Part shown: one piece after another, positions 18,227 to 26,693 of the stretch | Layout: each line of letters starts with the position of its first letter | Position numbering within the stretch: position 1 is the first letter of the stretch | Assembly: GCA_934613645.1 (NCBI GenBank) | Contig: CAKTTC010000001.1 | Coordinates: forward strand, 214,751 to 278,750 | DNA from: an uncultured Opitutales bacterium | GTDB taxonomy: Bacteria > Verrucomicrobiota > Verrucomicrobiia > Opitutales > Intestinicryptomonadaceae | Direction of reading: 5' to 3' | Length of the DNA stretch: 64,000 nucleotides | Notes under the pieces: model-generated | Databases searched by the model: none | What the model saw: only the letters and a program-made list of their open reading frames with translations | Told to the model about the DNA's origin: nothing | Translations under genes and position numbers: made by a program

Positions 18227-18514
18227 TTTTGAAAAAAAGTGCGGAAACGGCGTCGATTAAGACAACATTCCCGCGCTTTTTTTGTGCCCACTTCACCCTC
18301 GCCACAACCCCGCATTTACAAAGCCTTCGCGCCCTATCCCACCACATTGCCGATTCTCAAATCGGAATCCAATTCGCAAGAACCGCCTACATTTAGGACA
18401 CACAAAAGTCGCAAAATCCGTAGAATTCTCGAAAAGTCTCAAAGGAATCTTACATCGGGCAACAGTTCTTGTCTTAAATGCAAACTTTATAGTGTTCGTA
18501 TTGTTCGGCCGTTT

Positions 18515-20992
18515 TTACAGATACATTCCTGTAATGCTACCCCCATTATTCTGTATTTCCTTCGGAGTTCCGCTTGCCACGATTTGTCCGCCTGCTTCGC
18601 CGCCGCCAGGCCCCATGTCGATTACATAGTCGGCGTTTCGAATCACATCAAGGTCATGTTCGATAACAATGACGGTCGCACCGTTGTCGATGAGTGCCTG
18701 AAAAACACCAAGCAATACCCGAACATCCAGTGGGTGCAGTCCGATGGAGGGTTCGTCAAACACAAAAACGGAATCTTCCTGTGTCTTGCCAATCTCGCTT
18801 GCCAGCTTCAAACGCTGCGCTTCACCGCCAGATAAACCGGGAGTTTCTTCGCCGAGCGTAAGATAGCCGAGTCCGAGCTGCTTGAGAATGTTCAGTCTTT
18901 GGCTGACGGTTTTCATGTCTTTGCAGAAGTCGATAGCGGAATTTACATCCATATCCATCAACTCGGGCAAAGAAACGCATTTACCGACTTTATTTGCGAG
19001 CTTCACATCATAAGCGGCTCTTGCATAGCGCGAGCCTCGGCAATCGGGGCAAAGAATGCTGACATCAGGCAGAAATTGAACATCCAAACTTACAACACCT
19101 GTTCCGTCGCAGTCGGGACAGCGCAGAGAGCCTGTGTTATAGGAAAAGTCGCTTGCCTTATAGCCTTTTTCCTTCGCGTCAGCAGATTTTGCATACAGCT
19201 TTCGCAGTTCGTCGTGGACACCTGCATAGGTGGCAACGGTCGAACGGACATTTATCCCGATGGGCGTGGCATCAATGAGCTTGATATGCCGAATACCCTC
19301 GGCACTGATTTTGCGGATATGCTTCGGCAGGACGCTGCCGTTGATGCTTGCCTCCAGAGCGGGAACAAGGCTTTCCAGCACCATTGTTGTCTTGCCTGAG
19401 CCTGACACACCTGCAACAACGGTGAGCCGCCCTTTCGGAATATCCACCTCTAACGGTTTGACCGTATGGATTTGAGAGGTAGACAGATGAATTATTCCTT
19501 TTGCAAACAGTTCTTTTTCTGCGGCGCAGGTGCGCAGCCTTGTTTCAGCCTTGCCCGAGAGGAACGGCCCTATCTGCGAAGTCGTGTTTTCTTCAATGGT
19601 TGGAATTGAACCCTCGGCAATCACACGACCGCCTTTTGCACCTGCCTCCGCCCCCATTTCTATTATCCAATCGGCTTCTTTCAAAATCTGAGCGTCGTGA
19701 TCAACCAAAATGACGGAATTCCCGTCGGCTACCAAATCGCGCATCACACCTGTCAGTCCTACAATGTTGGCAGGGTGCAGACCAATGGAGGGCTCGTCCA
19801 ACACATACAGAACACCAGTCGTTCGATTGCGGACAGCACGGGCGAGTTGCATGCGCTGACGCTCGCCCGTGGAGAGCGTGGACGCAGAACGGTCAAGCGT
19901 CAGATAGCCCAGCCCCAAATCAATCAGTCGTTTGGCGGTGCTTTGGAACGCTTCGCAAATACTTTCGGCCATTGGGCGCATTTCTTTCGGCAGACTTTTC
20001 GGGACACCCCGCACCCACTCTGCCAATTGGGAGAGCGTCATGGTGCAGGCTTCGTCCAAAGAAATCCCCCGCAGCTTTGGAGCACGGGCGGCATCGGAAA
20101 GGCGAGTGCCGTGGCACTTCGGGCAAATATCCTCTTTCAAAAACTTTTCCACCCGCTTCATACCCTTTTCGTCCTTGACCTTTGCAAGGGCGTTTTCCAC
20201 GGTGTAAACGGCATTGTAGTAGGTAAAATCGAGTTCTCCCGCCTGATTGGAATTCTTTGCTTTGTAAAGAATATGCTTCTTCACAGCGGGGCCGTGATAG
20301 ACAATCTCTTTTTCTTCTGCGGTCAAATCACGGAATGGCACATCAGTGCGCACCCCCATTTCGCGGCACACATCGGTCATCAGCGACCACATCAGGCTAT
20401 TCCACGGAGCAACTGCGCCCTCGTCAATGCTGAGCGTGTCATCGGGAACAAGACTTGCCATATCTACGGTTCGGACGCTACCTGTGCCGCCGCAGGTCTT
20501 GCAAGCACCTTGCGAATTGAACGCTAATTCCTCGGCGGACGGTGCGTAAAAATGAACGCCGCACTCGGGACAAATCAGTTCTTTTCCCGCGGCGACAGCC
20601 AAGGACGGTTTCAGATAATGCCCGTTCGGGCAGCGGTGGCTGGCAAGGCGGGAATACATCAGCCGCAGACTGTTCAACAACTCTGTCCCCGTGCCGAAAG
20701 TGCTGCGAATGCCCGGCACACCGGGACGCTGATGCAACGCCAGTGCAGCAGGGACATACAGCACCTCGTCTACACAGGCTTTTGATGCCTGTGTCATTCT
20801 TCGGCGAGTGTAGGTAGACAAGGCTTCGAGGTAACGACGCGACCCCTCGGCATACAGCACCCCCAACGCAAGGGAGGATTTACCTGAGCCTGACACCCCC
20901 GCAATTCCCACAATTTTACCCAACGGAATGTCTACATCAATGTTTTTAAGGTTGTGGACTTTCGCTCCACGAATCAGTATTTTATCAATCAT
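18515..20992 (-). CDS. UvrA paralog (class II type, UvrB-binding domain absent), excinuclease ATPase-like
   Basis: 825 aa. N-terminus MIDKILIRGAKVHNLKNIDVDIPLGKIVGIAGVSGSGKSSLALGVLYAEGSRRYLEALSTYTRRR. Two ABC modules (second Walker A GVSGSGKTT). Zn modules CPNGH..CPECG, CKTCGGTG, CPKCHGTR and CPDCDGTG..CPDCRGSR. Only ~20 aa lie between the first Cys pairs, where canonical UvrA carries the ~110-aa UvrB-binding domain. Confidence 0.75.
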   Translation of the reverse strand: MIDKILIRGAKVHNLKNIDVDIPLGKIVGIAGVSGSGKSSLALGVLYAEGSRRYLEALSTYTRRRMTQASKACVDEVLYVPAALALHQRPGVPGIRSTFGTGTELLNSLRLMYSRLASHRCPNGHYLKPSLAVAAGKELICPECGVHFYAPSAEELAFNSQGACKTCGGTGSVRTVDMASLVPDDTLSIDEGAVAPWNSLMWSLMTDVCREMGVRTDVPFRDLTAEEKEIVYHGPAVKKHILYKAKNSNQAGELDFTYYNAVYTVENALAKVKDEKGMKRVEKFLKEDICPKCHGTRLSDAARAPKLRGISLDEACTMTLSQLAEWVRGVPKSLPKEMRPMAESICEAFQSTAKRLIDLGLGYLTLDRSASTLSTGERQRMQLARAVRNRTTGVLYVLDEPSIGLHPANIVGLTGVMRDLVADGNSVILVDHDAQILKEADWIIEMGAEAGAKGGRVIAEGSIPTIEENTTSQIGPFLSGKAETRLRTCAAEKELFAKGIIHLSTSQIHTVKPLEVDIPKGRLTVVAGVSGSGKTTMVLESLVPALEASINGSVLPKHIRKISAEGIRHIKLIDATPIGINVRSTVATYAGVHDELRKLYAKSADAKEKGYKASDFSYNTGSLRCPDCDGTGVVSLDVQFLPDVSILCPDCRGSRYARAAYDVKLANKVGKCVSLPELMDMDVNSAIDFCKDMKTVSQRLNILKQLGLGYLTLGEETPGLSGGEAQRLKLASEIGKTQEDSVFVFDEPSIGLHPLDVRVLLGVFQALIDNGATVIVIEHDLDVIRNADYVIDMGPGGGEAGGQIVASGTPKEIQNNGGSITGMYL

Positions 20993-21194
20993 TGCTTTAC
21001 TTCAAATACTTATCTGCGAACTTGATCTTTAAAATATGCCCATGGTATAATAAAACTACCGAACGGAATCAAACGTTTTCGGCAAAAAAAGCCGTCGTGA
21101 AGTAGTCATATTGACACGCCCATTTGAAACGGCGGCTTTGATTTTCAGATCCGCCGTTTCTTTGCACTTGCAACTTCAGGCGCAAACTATGCGG

Positions 21195-22391
21195 CTATTT
21201 TTGGGGTGTCCGAATTAGCGAATACGGCAGAAGTCCCGCAAGGGCACAGCCGCAAAACGCAATCGGCAGTAGCACGATGGGATTGTCGGAAAAGGCGTTG
21301 AGCACTATTGTCAGCAAAAACGCCGCCCCCAACTGCGAGAACCCGAAAATAGCCGACGCCGTGCCGCTTTTGTCGGATTCCGAAAAAGGTTTCAACGCCA
21401 AGTTGGTTGTAAGCGGGAACAACGCCCCCAGAAAGAACATTGCCGCAAACAATGCCGCCGCCGAGAAAAACAGGCTTTTCAGGCAATACGCAAAGGCGAA
21501 AAATCCGCCCGCGCAAATTATTGTGAACGCAAACGCAATTTTCAGATAGCATACCGATTTATTCTGTCCGCTTTTGCCCGAAATATACACAGAACCCAGC
21601 ATTATAGCCAATGAATTTGCTATAAAAATTCCCGAAAACAGCGTTCCCGAAACACCGAAATACTCCATAAACACGAGCGAGGAATTCGATATGTAAACCA
21701 TCAGCGCAACGTATATTGCGCACCCCGCGATATTCGCCGCCATAAAATTTCCGTCGCGGAAAACCGACGCACAGCTTGAGAAAAACCCGCCCGAAACGCC
21801 GATGTTTTTGTTTGTCTCTTTCAGAAAAAACAGGACAATCAGAAAAGACGCCGCGCCGAATATTCCGACCGCACCGAAAATATAACGCCACGGAAAATAC
21901 TCGCGTATGACGTTTCCCAAGACGGGGCCGACCATCGGCGCTATGCCCTGCGTTATAGCCAAAACCGAAAAGGCAAACAGGATTTTCGAAGCCCCGAAGG
22001 AGTCGGTTATAACGGCTCTCGAAATTACAACGGGAGCGCAACCGAAAAACGCCTGAAAAAACCTCGCCGCCCACATAAATTCGACCGAAGTCGACAGCGC
22101 GCACATAACAGTGGCAATCGTAAATGCCACGAGCGAAACCAGAATCGGCAGCCGCCGCCCGACCGCGTCGCTTATCGCACCCCAAAAAAGCTGACCTACC
22201 GCAAACCCACCCAAAAATACCGAAAGCGTTGCCTGCACATTGGCGACCGAAGTATTCAGCGATTTTGCAATATCCATAAACGAGGATATATACGTATCTA
22301 TACATAGCGGTTCAAGCGATGTTATCACCGTAAGAACCAGAATTATTATAATTTCACTTTTATTGATTTTGCATTTTTCGATTTTGTTCAT
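21195..22391 (-). CDS. MFS drug:H+ antiporter, Bcr/CflA-like
   Basis: 12-TM MFS. The region GAISDAVGRRLPILVSLVAFTIATVMCAL contains the MFS motif A. The track start 22451 is GTG, and the ATG at 22391 gives MNKIEKCKINKSEIIIILVL. AT-richer than its surroundings. Confidence 0.78.
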   Translation of the reverse strand: MNKIEKCKINKSEIIIILVLTVITSLEPLCIDTYISSFMDIAKSLNTSVANVQATLSVFLGGFAVGQLFWGAISDAVGRRLPILVSLVAFTIATVMCALSTSVEFMWAARFFQAFFGCAPVVISRAVITDSFGASKILFAFSVLAITQGIAPMVGPVLGNVIREYFPWRYIFGAVGIFGAASFLIVLFFLKETNKNIGVSGGFFSSCASVFRDGNFMAANIAGCAIYVALMVYISNSSLVFMEYFGVSGTLFSGIFIANSLAIMLGSVYISGKSGQNKSVCYLKIAFAFTIICAGGFFAFAYCLKSLFFSAAALFAAMFFLGALFPLTTNLALKPFSESDKSGTASAIFGFSQLGAAFLLTIVLNAFSDNPIVLLPIAFCGCALAGLLPYSLIRTPQK

Positions 22392-22635
22392 AACCAACTC
22401 TTCCCGAAAGAATAGAAGGTTGCGGATACAGACTTCCGACAAGTCATACACTGCATACGTAAAGTGTATGATGATAACCCTACTAAACCAAAATATCGAA
22501 TCAAGTTTTTTTGATTTTTTCGAAACAAACCGCGCGCGCCCGCTTCGGCAGCCGCAATAAACCGCGGCGCAGATTTTTGCCGAACGCGAAATTTAGCAAA
22601 AAACGAAAAAAGCGCAGCCCAAATACCGCGCTTTT

Positions 22636-22675
22636 GAAAACTGCCGAGAGCCTTTGCCGCATTGCGGCGGCTCTC
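22636..22675 (-). terminator. Terminator-like nested hairpin downstream of the TRL lipoprotein gene
   Basis: GAGAGCC..GCCGC-ATT-GCGGC..GGCTCTC (12 complementary pairs in total). On the minus strand it is followed by GGCAGTTTTC, a weak T tract. Confidence 0.45.
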
Positions 22676-22693
22676 CGCCTCAAATTGCAAGGG

Positions 22694-23005
22694 TTATTCG
22701 CCCGTGACGATACATTCGTATTCGCCGATTATGCCCAGAACGCTCTTGGCTTTCCAGTCAACGGAAACAACCTTTGTGATGCCGCCGTTTCTCTTTGCCG
22801 CTTCAACGCTTGCGTCGCCGATAGTTACAACGCCGACATAGCTTTTGCAGAAGGATTTGCCGACCTTTGTGCCTACCGTGTTGGCTGTAGCCGAAACGGG
22901 GACTTTAACGTCGGTGAAGAATGCGCCCTGCGGAATTGTGGAAGCACAACCCGAGAACATTGCGGCCGCCGCCGCGCCTGCCAAAATAATTAACGATTTT
23001 TTCAT
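22694..23005 (-). CDS. TRL-like family lipoprotein
   Basis: Trimmed to MKKSLIILAGAAAAAMFSGCAS (lipobox). GAFFTDVKVPVSAT...GVVTIGDASVEAAKRNGGITKVVSVDWKAKSVLGIIGEYECIVTGE matches the TRL-like pattern. The upstream 81 codons of the track ORF are AT-rich non-coding. Confidence 0.7.
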   Translation of the reverse strand: MKKSLIILAGAAAAAMFSGCASTIPQGAFFTDVKVPVSATANTVGTKVGKSFCKSYVGVVTIGDASVEAAKRNGGITKVVSVDWKAKSVLGIIGEYECIVTGE

Positions 23006-23277
23006 ATTCTTTTTATTTGAGGTTTTTTGAGGTTCTAAGAAACACACCATGTATTTCTTTAAATTTATCCTTAAAAAAGAGGAATGTTTTGTCAAGCCTG
23101 ATGTGCGCGCTTGCCTTTGTTTTAGTAGCAATCCGCACCGCTTCAATGAGATAAAACAGATAAAAAATGAAGACAAATTGCCTAAACAATCCCCCGCCTT
23201 CAACACTACAAACAAAACTTTGAATGGAGATAAAGCGGTATTGAACACAGTTCAATCCGCGCTGCTTGCAAATATGT

Positions 23278-23337
23278 AAAAAAGTCAAAGGCGCATTTGC
23301 TACGCCAATCGCCGCCACTTTCCAACATATAAAAAAT
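23278..23337 (-). terminator. galM terminator, built from a minus-orientation copy of the repeat core (subtype B)
   Basis: After the galM TAA the sequence reads ATTTTTTATATGTTGGAAAGT-GGCGGCGATTGGC-GTA-GCAAATGCGCC-TTTGACTTTTTTAC. Same box and GTGGCGGC anchor as the 5050-5857 copies. Confidence 0.65.
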
Positions 23338-24366
23338 TTAGGAATGGGAATAGGTGGCAAACTTGTAGATTGTGGTAGAGCCGTAGGTTTCGTCGGGATA
23401 TAAGTCAGCCGAGGGGAAGTGAGACTTGTTGGCGGCGTCGGGCCAGTTCTGCGTTTCGAGAGCAAGCCCCGCATACTTGCCATATACAGCGCCTTTTTTG
23501 CCCGTGGGAATGCTTAAAAATGTTCCAGAATAAAATTGGACGCCGCTTTCGGTCGTGAAAACCTCCATTATCCTGCCCGATTTGCGCTCGTAAACGAGCG
23601 CGGCGCGAACCATGTTGGAGTCGCCGTTCTGGAGAATGAAGTTGTGGTCGTAGCCACCGCCTACAACGGCAATGTGGGGGTCACCCGAGGAAATGCCGTC
23701 GCCGATGCGCGTGAACTTGCGTAAATCAAGCGCAGTGTTCTTGACCGATAACACTTCGCCCGTGGTGACCATGTTGGAGGAAACGGGGGTGAAATAGTCG
23801 GCGAAAATCCTGATTTCGTGGTCGAGAATGTCGGGCGATTTCCCCGCCGAGAGATTGAAATACGAGTGGTTCGTAAGCGCGCACAGAGTCGGCTTGTCGG
23901 TGTTGGCAACGTAGTCTATCTCGAGCGAACAGTCCTCGGTGAGCTTGTATGTTATGGAAATGTCGAGATTTCCGGGGAAGCCGTTTTGCATGTCGGGCGA
24001 AAGCAGGTGAAGGCGGACCCCCTTCCAGTAGTCGCCCGAACATTCGCACATGTCCCAGAACATTTCCGAAAGCGATTTCGCGCCGCCGTGGAGCGTGTTT
24101 TTGCGCGCCGATTCGTTGCAGTCGAAACGGTAGAGCTTGCCGTCAATCTTCGCCTTCGCGCCGCCGATTCTGTTGCATACGCGCCCCGCCACAACGCCGA
24201 GATAGCCCGCCGCGCCCGCATATTCTTCGGGCTTGTCGTGCCCCAGAACGATGTCGCCCATTCTGCCGTAGGCGTCGGGGACGAGCAGCCGTTTTATCGC
24301 CGCGCCGAAGTTGCAGACCTCAAGTTCGAGGCCTCCGTTTTTTACCGTGATTGTTTTGAAATCCAT
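23338..24366 (-). CDS. galM: Aldose 1-epimerase (galactose mutarotase)
   Basis: 342 aa. GDIVLGHDKPEEY, GRVCNRIGGAKAKIDGKLYRFDCNE..NTLHGG, TNHSYFNL, LALETQNWPDA. Confidence 0.88.
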   Translation of the reverse strand: MDFKTITVKNGGLELEVCNFGAAIKRLLVPDAYGRMGDIVLGHDKPEEYAGAAGYLGVVAGRVCNRIGGAKAKIDGKLYRFDCNESARKNTLHGGAKSLSEMFWDMCECSGDYWKGVRLHLLSPDMQNGFPGNLDISITYKLTEDCSLEIDYVANTDKPTLCALTNHSYFNLSAGKSPDILDHEIRIFADYFTPVSSNMVTTGEVLSVKNTALDLRKFTRIGDGISSGDPHIAVVGGGYDHNFILQNGDSNMVRAALVYERKSGRIMEVFTTESGVQFYSGTFLSIPTGKKGAVYGKYAGLALETQNWPDAANKSHFPSADLYPDETYGSTTIYKFATYSHS

Positions 24367-24368
24367 AG

Positions 24369-25907
24369 CTATGCCTTTGCCGTTTCCGTCCAGCGGCGTT
24401 CGCGGACGAGAGTTATTTTTATCGGGATTGAACTTGAAATTGTGGCGTCGATTTTGTCGCGGATTTTGGCAATCATGTCCTGCGCGCGAACGTCGTCAAC
24501 CACTTCGGGCGAAACAATAACGCGCAGCTCCTTACCCGCCTGCAACACATACGCGCTTGCGACGCCCTCGAAACCCGCCGCCAAAGCCTCCAGACTTTTC
24601 ACGCGCCTAATGCAGCCCTCGGTTGCCTCCATGCGCGCGCCAACGCGGGTGGCGGAAATGGAGTCGGCAATGCGGACTACTGTTGCGTAAATGCTCTCCG
24701 CGGGAACTTCGTCGTGGTGCGATTCTACCGCGTTTACAACCACGAAAGACTCGCCCGCGCGGCGCAAAAGCTCGGCCCCTGCGCGCGCGTGCGACAAATC
24801 GGAATTGGCGGAAGCCTTGCCGATGTCGTGGAAAAGCCCCGCGCGGCGCGCAATGTCGGCGTCGCAGCCAAGCTCGGCGGCGATGAGCGACGAAAGCTTT
24901 GCAACCTCGACCGAGTGCTCAAGCGTATCCTGATTCAGCGAAAGGTGAAGCGACAGCCGCCCCAACGCCGAAAGAATCTCCTCGGGGACGGAAAGCAGCC
25001 CGAGCGACTCCGCCGTTTCCTCGCCCAAAGAAAGCAGGTTCTGGGAAATCTTCTCCTTGGCGGCGGCTACCGATTGCTCAATAGTTGCGGGCGTAATGCG
25101 CCCGTCCGCCACCAGCGATTCAAGCGCGATTTTTGCGATTGCCCTGCGCGTTGGGTTGAACGAAGAAATCATTACGGTGTCGGGGGAGTCGTCAATTACA
25201 AGGGTCGTAGCCGTTTCGGCTTCGAAGGAGCGAATGTTGCGCCCCTCCTTGCCGATGAGCCTGCCCTTCATGGACTCTTCGGGAATTGCCACGACAGTCG
25301 CCGTCGCCGACTGCGGCATTTGGGAGGAAAGCCTCTGCATTGCGTCGGTGAGGATTCTGCGCGCCGAGGTGTCGATTTCGCGCTTCGACTTTTCCAGAAG
25401 TTCGTGCTTGTAGGGGGCGAGAATTTCGTCGCATTTCTTGGCTATTTCGCGCTTGGCGTCGCGCTCGGCGGCGGCAACGTCGACAGTGGCTACCGACGAA
25501 AGCTTGCCGATGTATTCGTCGCGCAAGGTCGAAAGCGATTTGTTCAGCTTTTCGAACGACTCCTTTTCCGCCCGCGCCCTGTCCTTTTCGAACTTGGCGT
25601 TTTCAAGTTCTACCGTTATTTCGGCGAGTTTTTCGTCCTGCTCGTGCTTCGCCTTTTTGGCAAGCAGAAGCATTTCCTCGTATTCCGCCTTGATTTCGAG
25701 TTCGCTTTCCTTGAGAACCATTTTCAGGCGGTTCTGCTTTTCCTCATAGTTGAGGCGTTCCTGAGTCCTGATTGACTCGGCGTTGGCCTCCATCTTGCTT
25801 TTGAGGTTGTTTACGCGCACGAAAAGCGTGACGCACTCGGCAAACAAGCACATTGCAAGCAGACCGAGTATTACGGCGTTCCAGTCAAGATCTGAAAAAA
25901 ACGACAT
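24369..25907 (-). CDS. rny: Ribonuclease Y
   Basis: 512 aa. N-terminal TM, a long E/K coiled coil, KH domain (MKGRLIGKEGRNIRSFEAETATTLVIDD) and HD domain (HSVEVAKLSSLIAAELG...AGLFHDIGKA). Confidence 0.93.
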   Translation of the reverse strand: MSFFSDLDWNAVILGLLAMCLFAECVTLFVRVNNLKSKMEANAESIRTQERLNYEEKQNRLKMVLKESELEIKAEYEEMLLLAKKAKHEQDEKLAEITVELENAKFEKDRARAEKESFEKLNKSLSTLRDEYIGKLSSVATVDVAAAERDAKREIAKKCDEILAPYKHELLEKSKREIDTSARRILTDAMQRLSSQMPQSATATVVAIPEESMKGRLIGKEGRNIRSFEAETATTLVIDDSPDTVMISSFNPTRRAIAKIALESLVADGRITPATIEQSVAAAKEKISQNLLSLGEETAESLGLLSVPEEILSALGRLSLHLSLNQDTLEHSVEVAKLSSLIAAELGCDADIARRAGLFHDIGKASANSDLSHARAGAELLRRAGESFVVVNAVESHHDEVPAESIYATVVRIADSISATRVGARMEATEGCIRRVKSLEALAAGFEGVASAYVLQAGKELRVIVSPEVVDDVRAQDMIAKIRDKIDATISSSIPIKITLVRERRWTETAKA

Positions 25908-25910
25908 ACG

Positions 25911-26693
25911 CTATTCTTTCGATATTCCCCACTTTTTTCTGAGGCTGTTTTCAAGCGGCGAAAACAACGCCTTGTCAACCGCCAAACCTATCACAATAAC
26001 AGTGAACATAACGCCCATTACCTGATTCATATCGAGCAGTTCGCGCCCGTAGTGCAACAGCTGCCCCAGCCCGAACCCCGTGAGAATTGTAACGTAGATT
26101 TCCGCAGCCATAAGCGAACGCCACGCGAACGCCCACCCCTGCTTCATTCCGCCCAAAATGCTCGGGAACGAGGCGGGCAAAACAACGTGAATCCAGGTGT
26201 GCATTCCCTTCGAGCCCATCGTGCTTGCCGCGCGCAGGTAAATCGGCGGAATGTTTTTTACGCCGTGGATTGTTGCCAAAATCATCGACCACACCGTGCC
26301 CATTACAACGACGAACAACATCGCCGTTTCCGTCTGCCCGAACCACATAATGGCAAGCGGAACCCAGCAGACGCTCGGCAACGCCTGCAAACCGAGCGCG
26401 AGAACGCCGAGGGTGTCGTTGCAAACGTTGAAGCGCGCGCAGAGCATACCCGCGGGAATGCCCACTACAACGCCTATTGCGTAGCCCACAAGCAGACGCT
26501 TCATGGTAACTACTATCGCGCTCGGCAAAGACATATCGCAAATGGCGGTTTTCAGATACCCCGCAACGTCGCTCGGAGCGGGCAGACTGTGCTTTAGCAT
26601 TCCGAATCCGCCCACGCAAATCTGCCAAACTGCAAGCAAAACAACAAACACGCAGACCGAAACCGCCGCGCGCAAAAACTTTTCCCTGTTCAT
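25911..26693 (-). CDS. ABC transporter permease (nitrate/sulfonate/taurine SsuC/TauC type)
   Basis: Trimmed to MNREKFLRAAVSVCVFVVLLAVWQ. The ATG at 26693 overlaps the ATPase TGA as ATGA. Contains a BPD-type permease EAA-loop region (AASTMGSKGMHTWIHVVLPASFPSILGGMK). Confidence 0.82.
   Translation of the reverse strand: MNREKFLRAAVSVCVFVVLLAVWQICVGGFGMLKHSLPAPSDVAGYLKTAICDMSLPSAIVVTMKRLLVGYAIGVVVGIPAGMLCARFNVCNDTLGVLALGLQALPSVCWVPLAIMWFGQTETAMLFVVVMGTVWSMILATIHGVKNIPPIYLRAASTMGSKGMHTWIHVVLPASFPSILGGMKQGWAFAWRSLMAAEIYVTILTGFGLGQLLHYGRELLDMNQVMGVMFTVIVIGLAVDKALFSPLENSLRKKWGISKE

Noticed and set aside
21120-21127. Possible attR direct repeat of the tRNA-His 3' end (CCCATTTG)
   Set aside because: Only 8 nt match, which is within chance expectation. 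No longer duplicate of the tRNA 3' end was seen at 18227-23337, so the island boundaries remain undefined.
22694-23248. Full 184-aa track ORF for the TRL lipoprotein, and similar N-terminal extensions on many other track ORFs (e.g. 14709..15551, 25911..26918, 36138..37235, 47909..50662, 52958..53698, 55450..57057)
   Set aside because: The extensions start at TTG/GTG, overlap the upstream gene or AT-rich non-coding DNA, and encode Arg-rich junk. In each case an internal ATG gives a canonical N-terminus (signal peptide or conserved motif), often with ATGA coupling to the upstream stop.
24714-25775. 353-aa plus-strand ORF
   Set aside because: It is antisense to rny (RNase Y, with clear KH and HD domains) and is a composition artefact.
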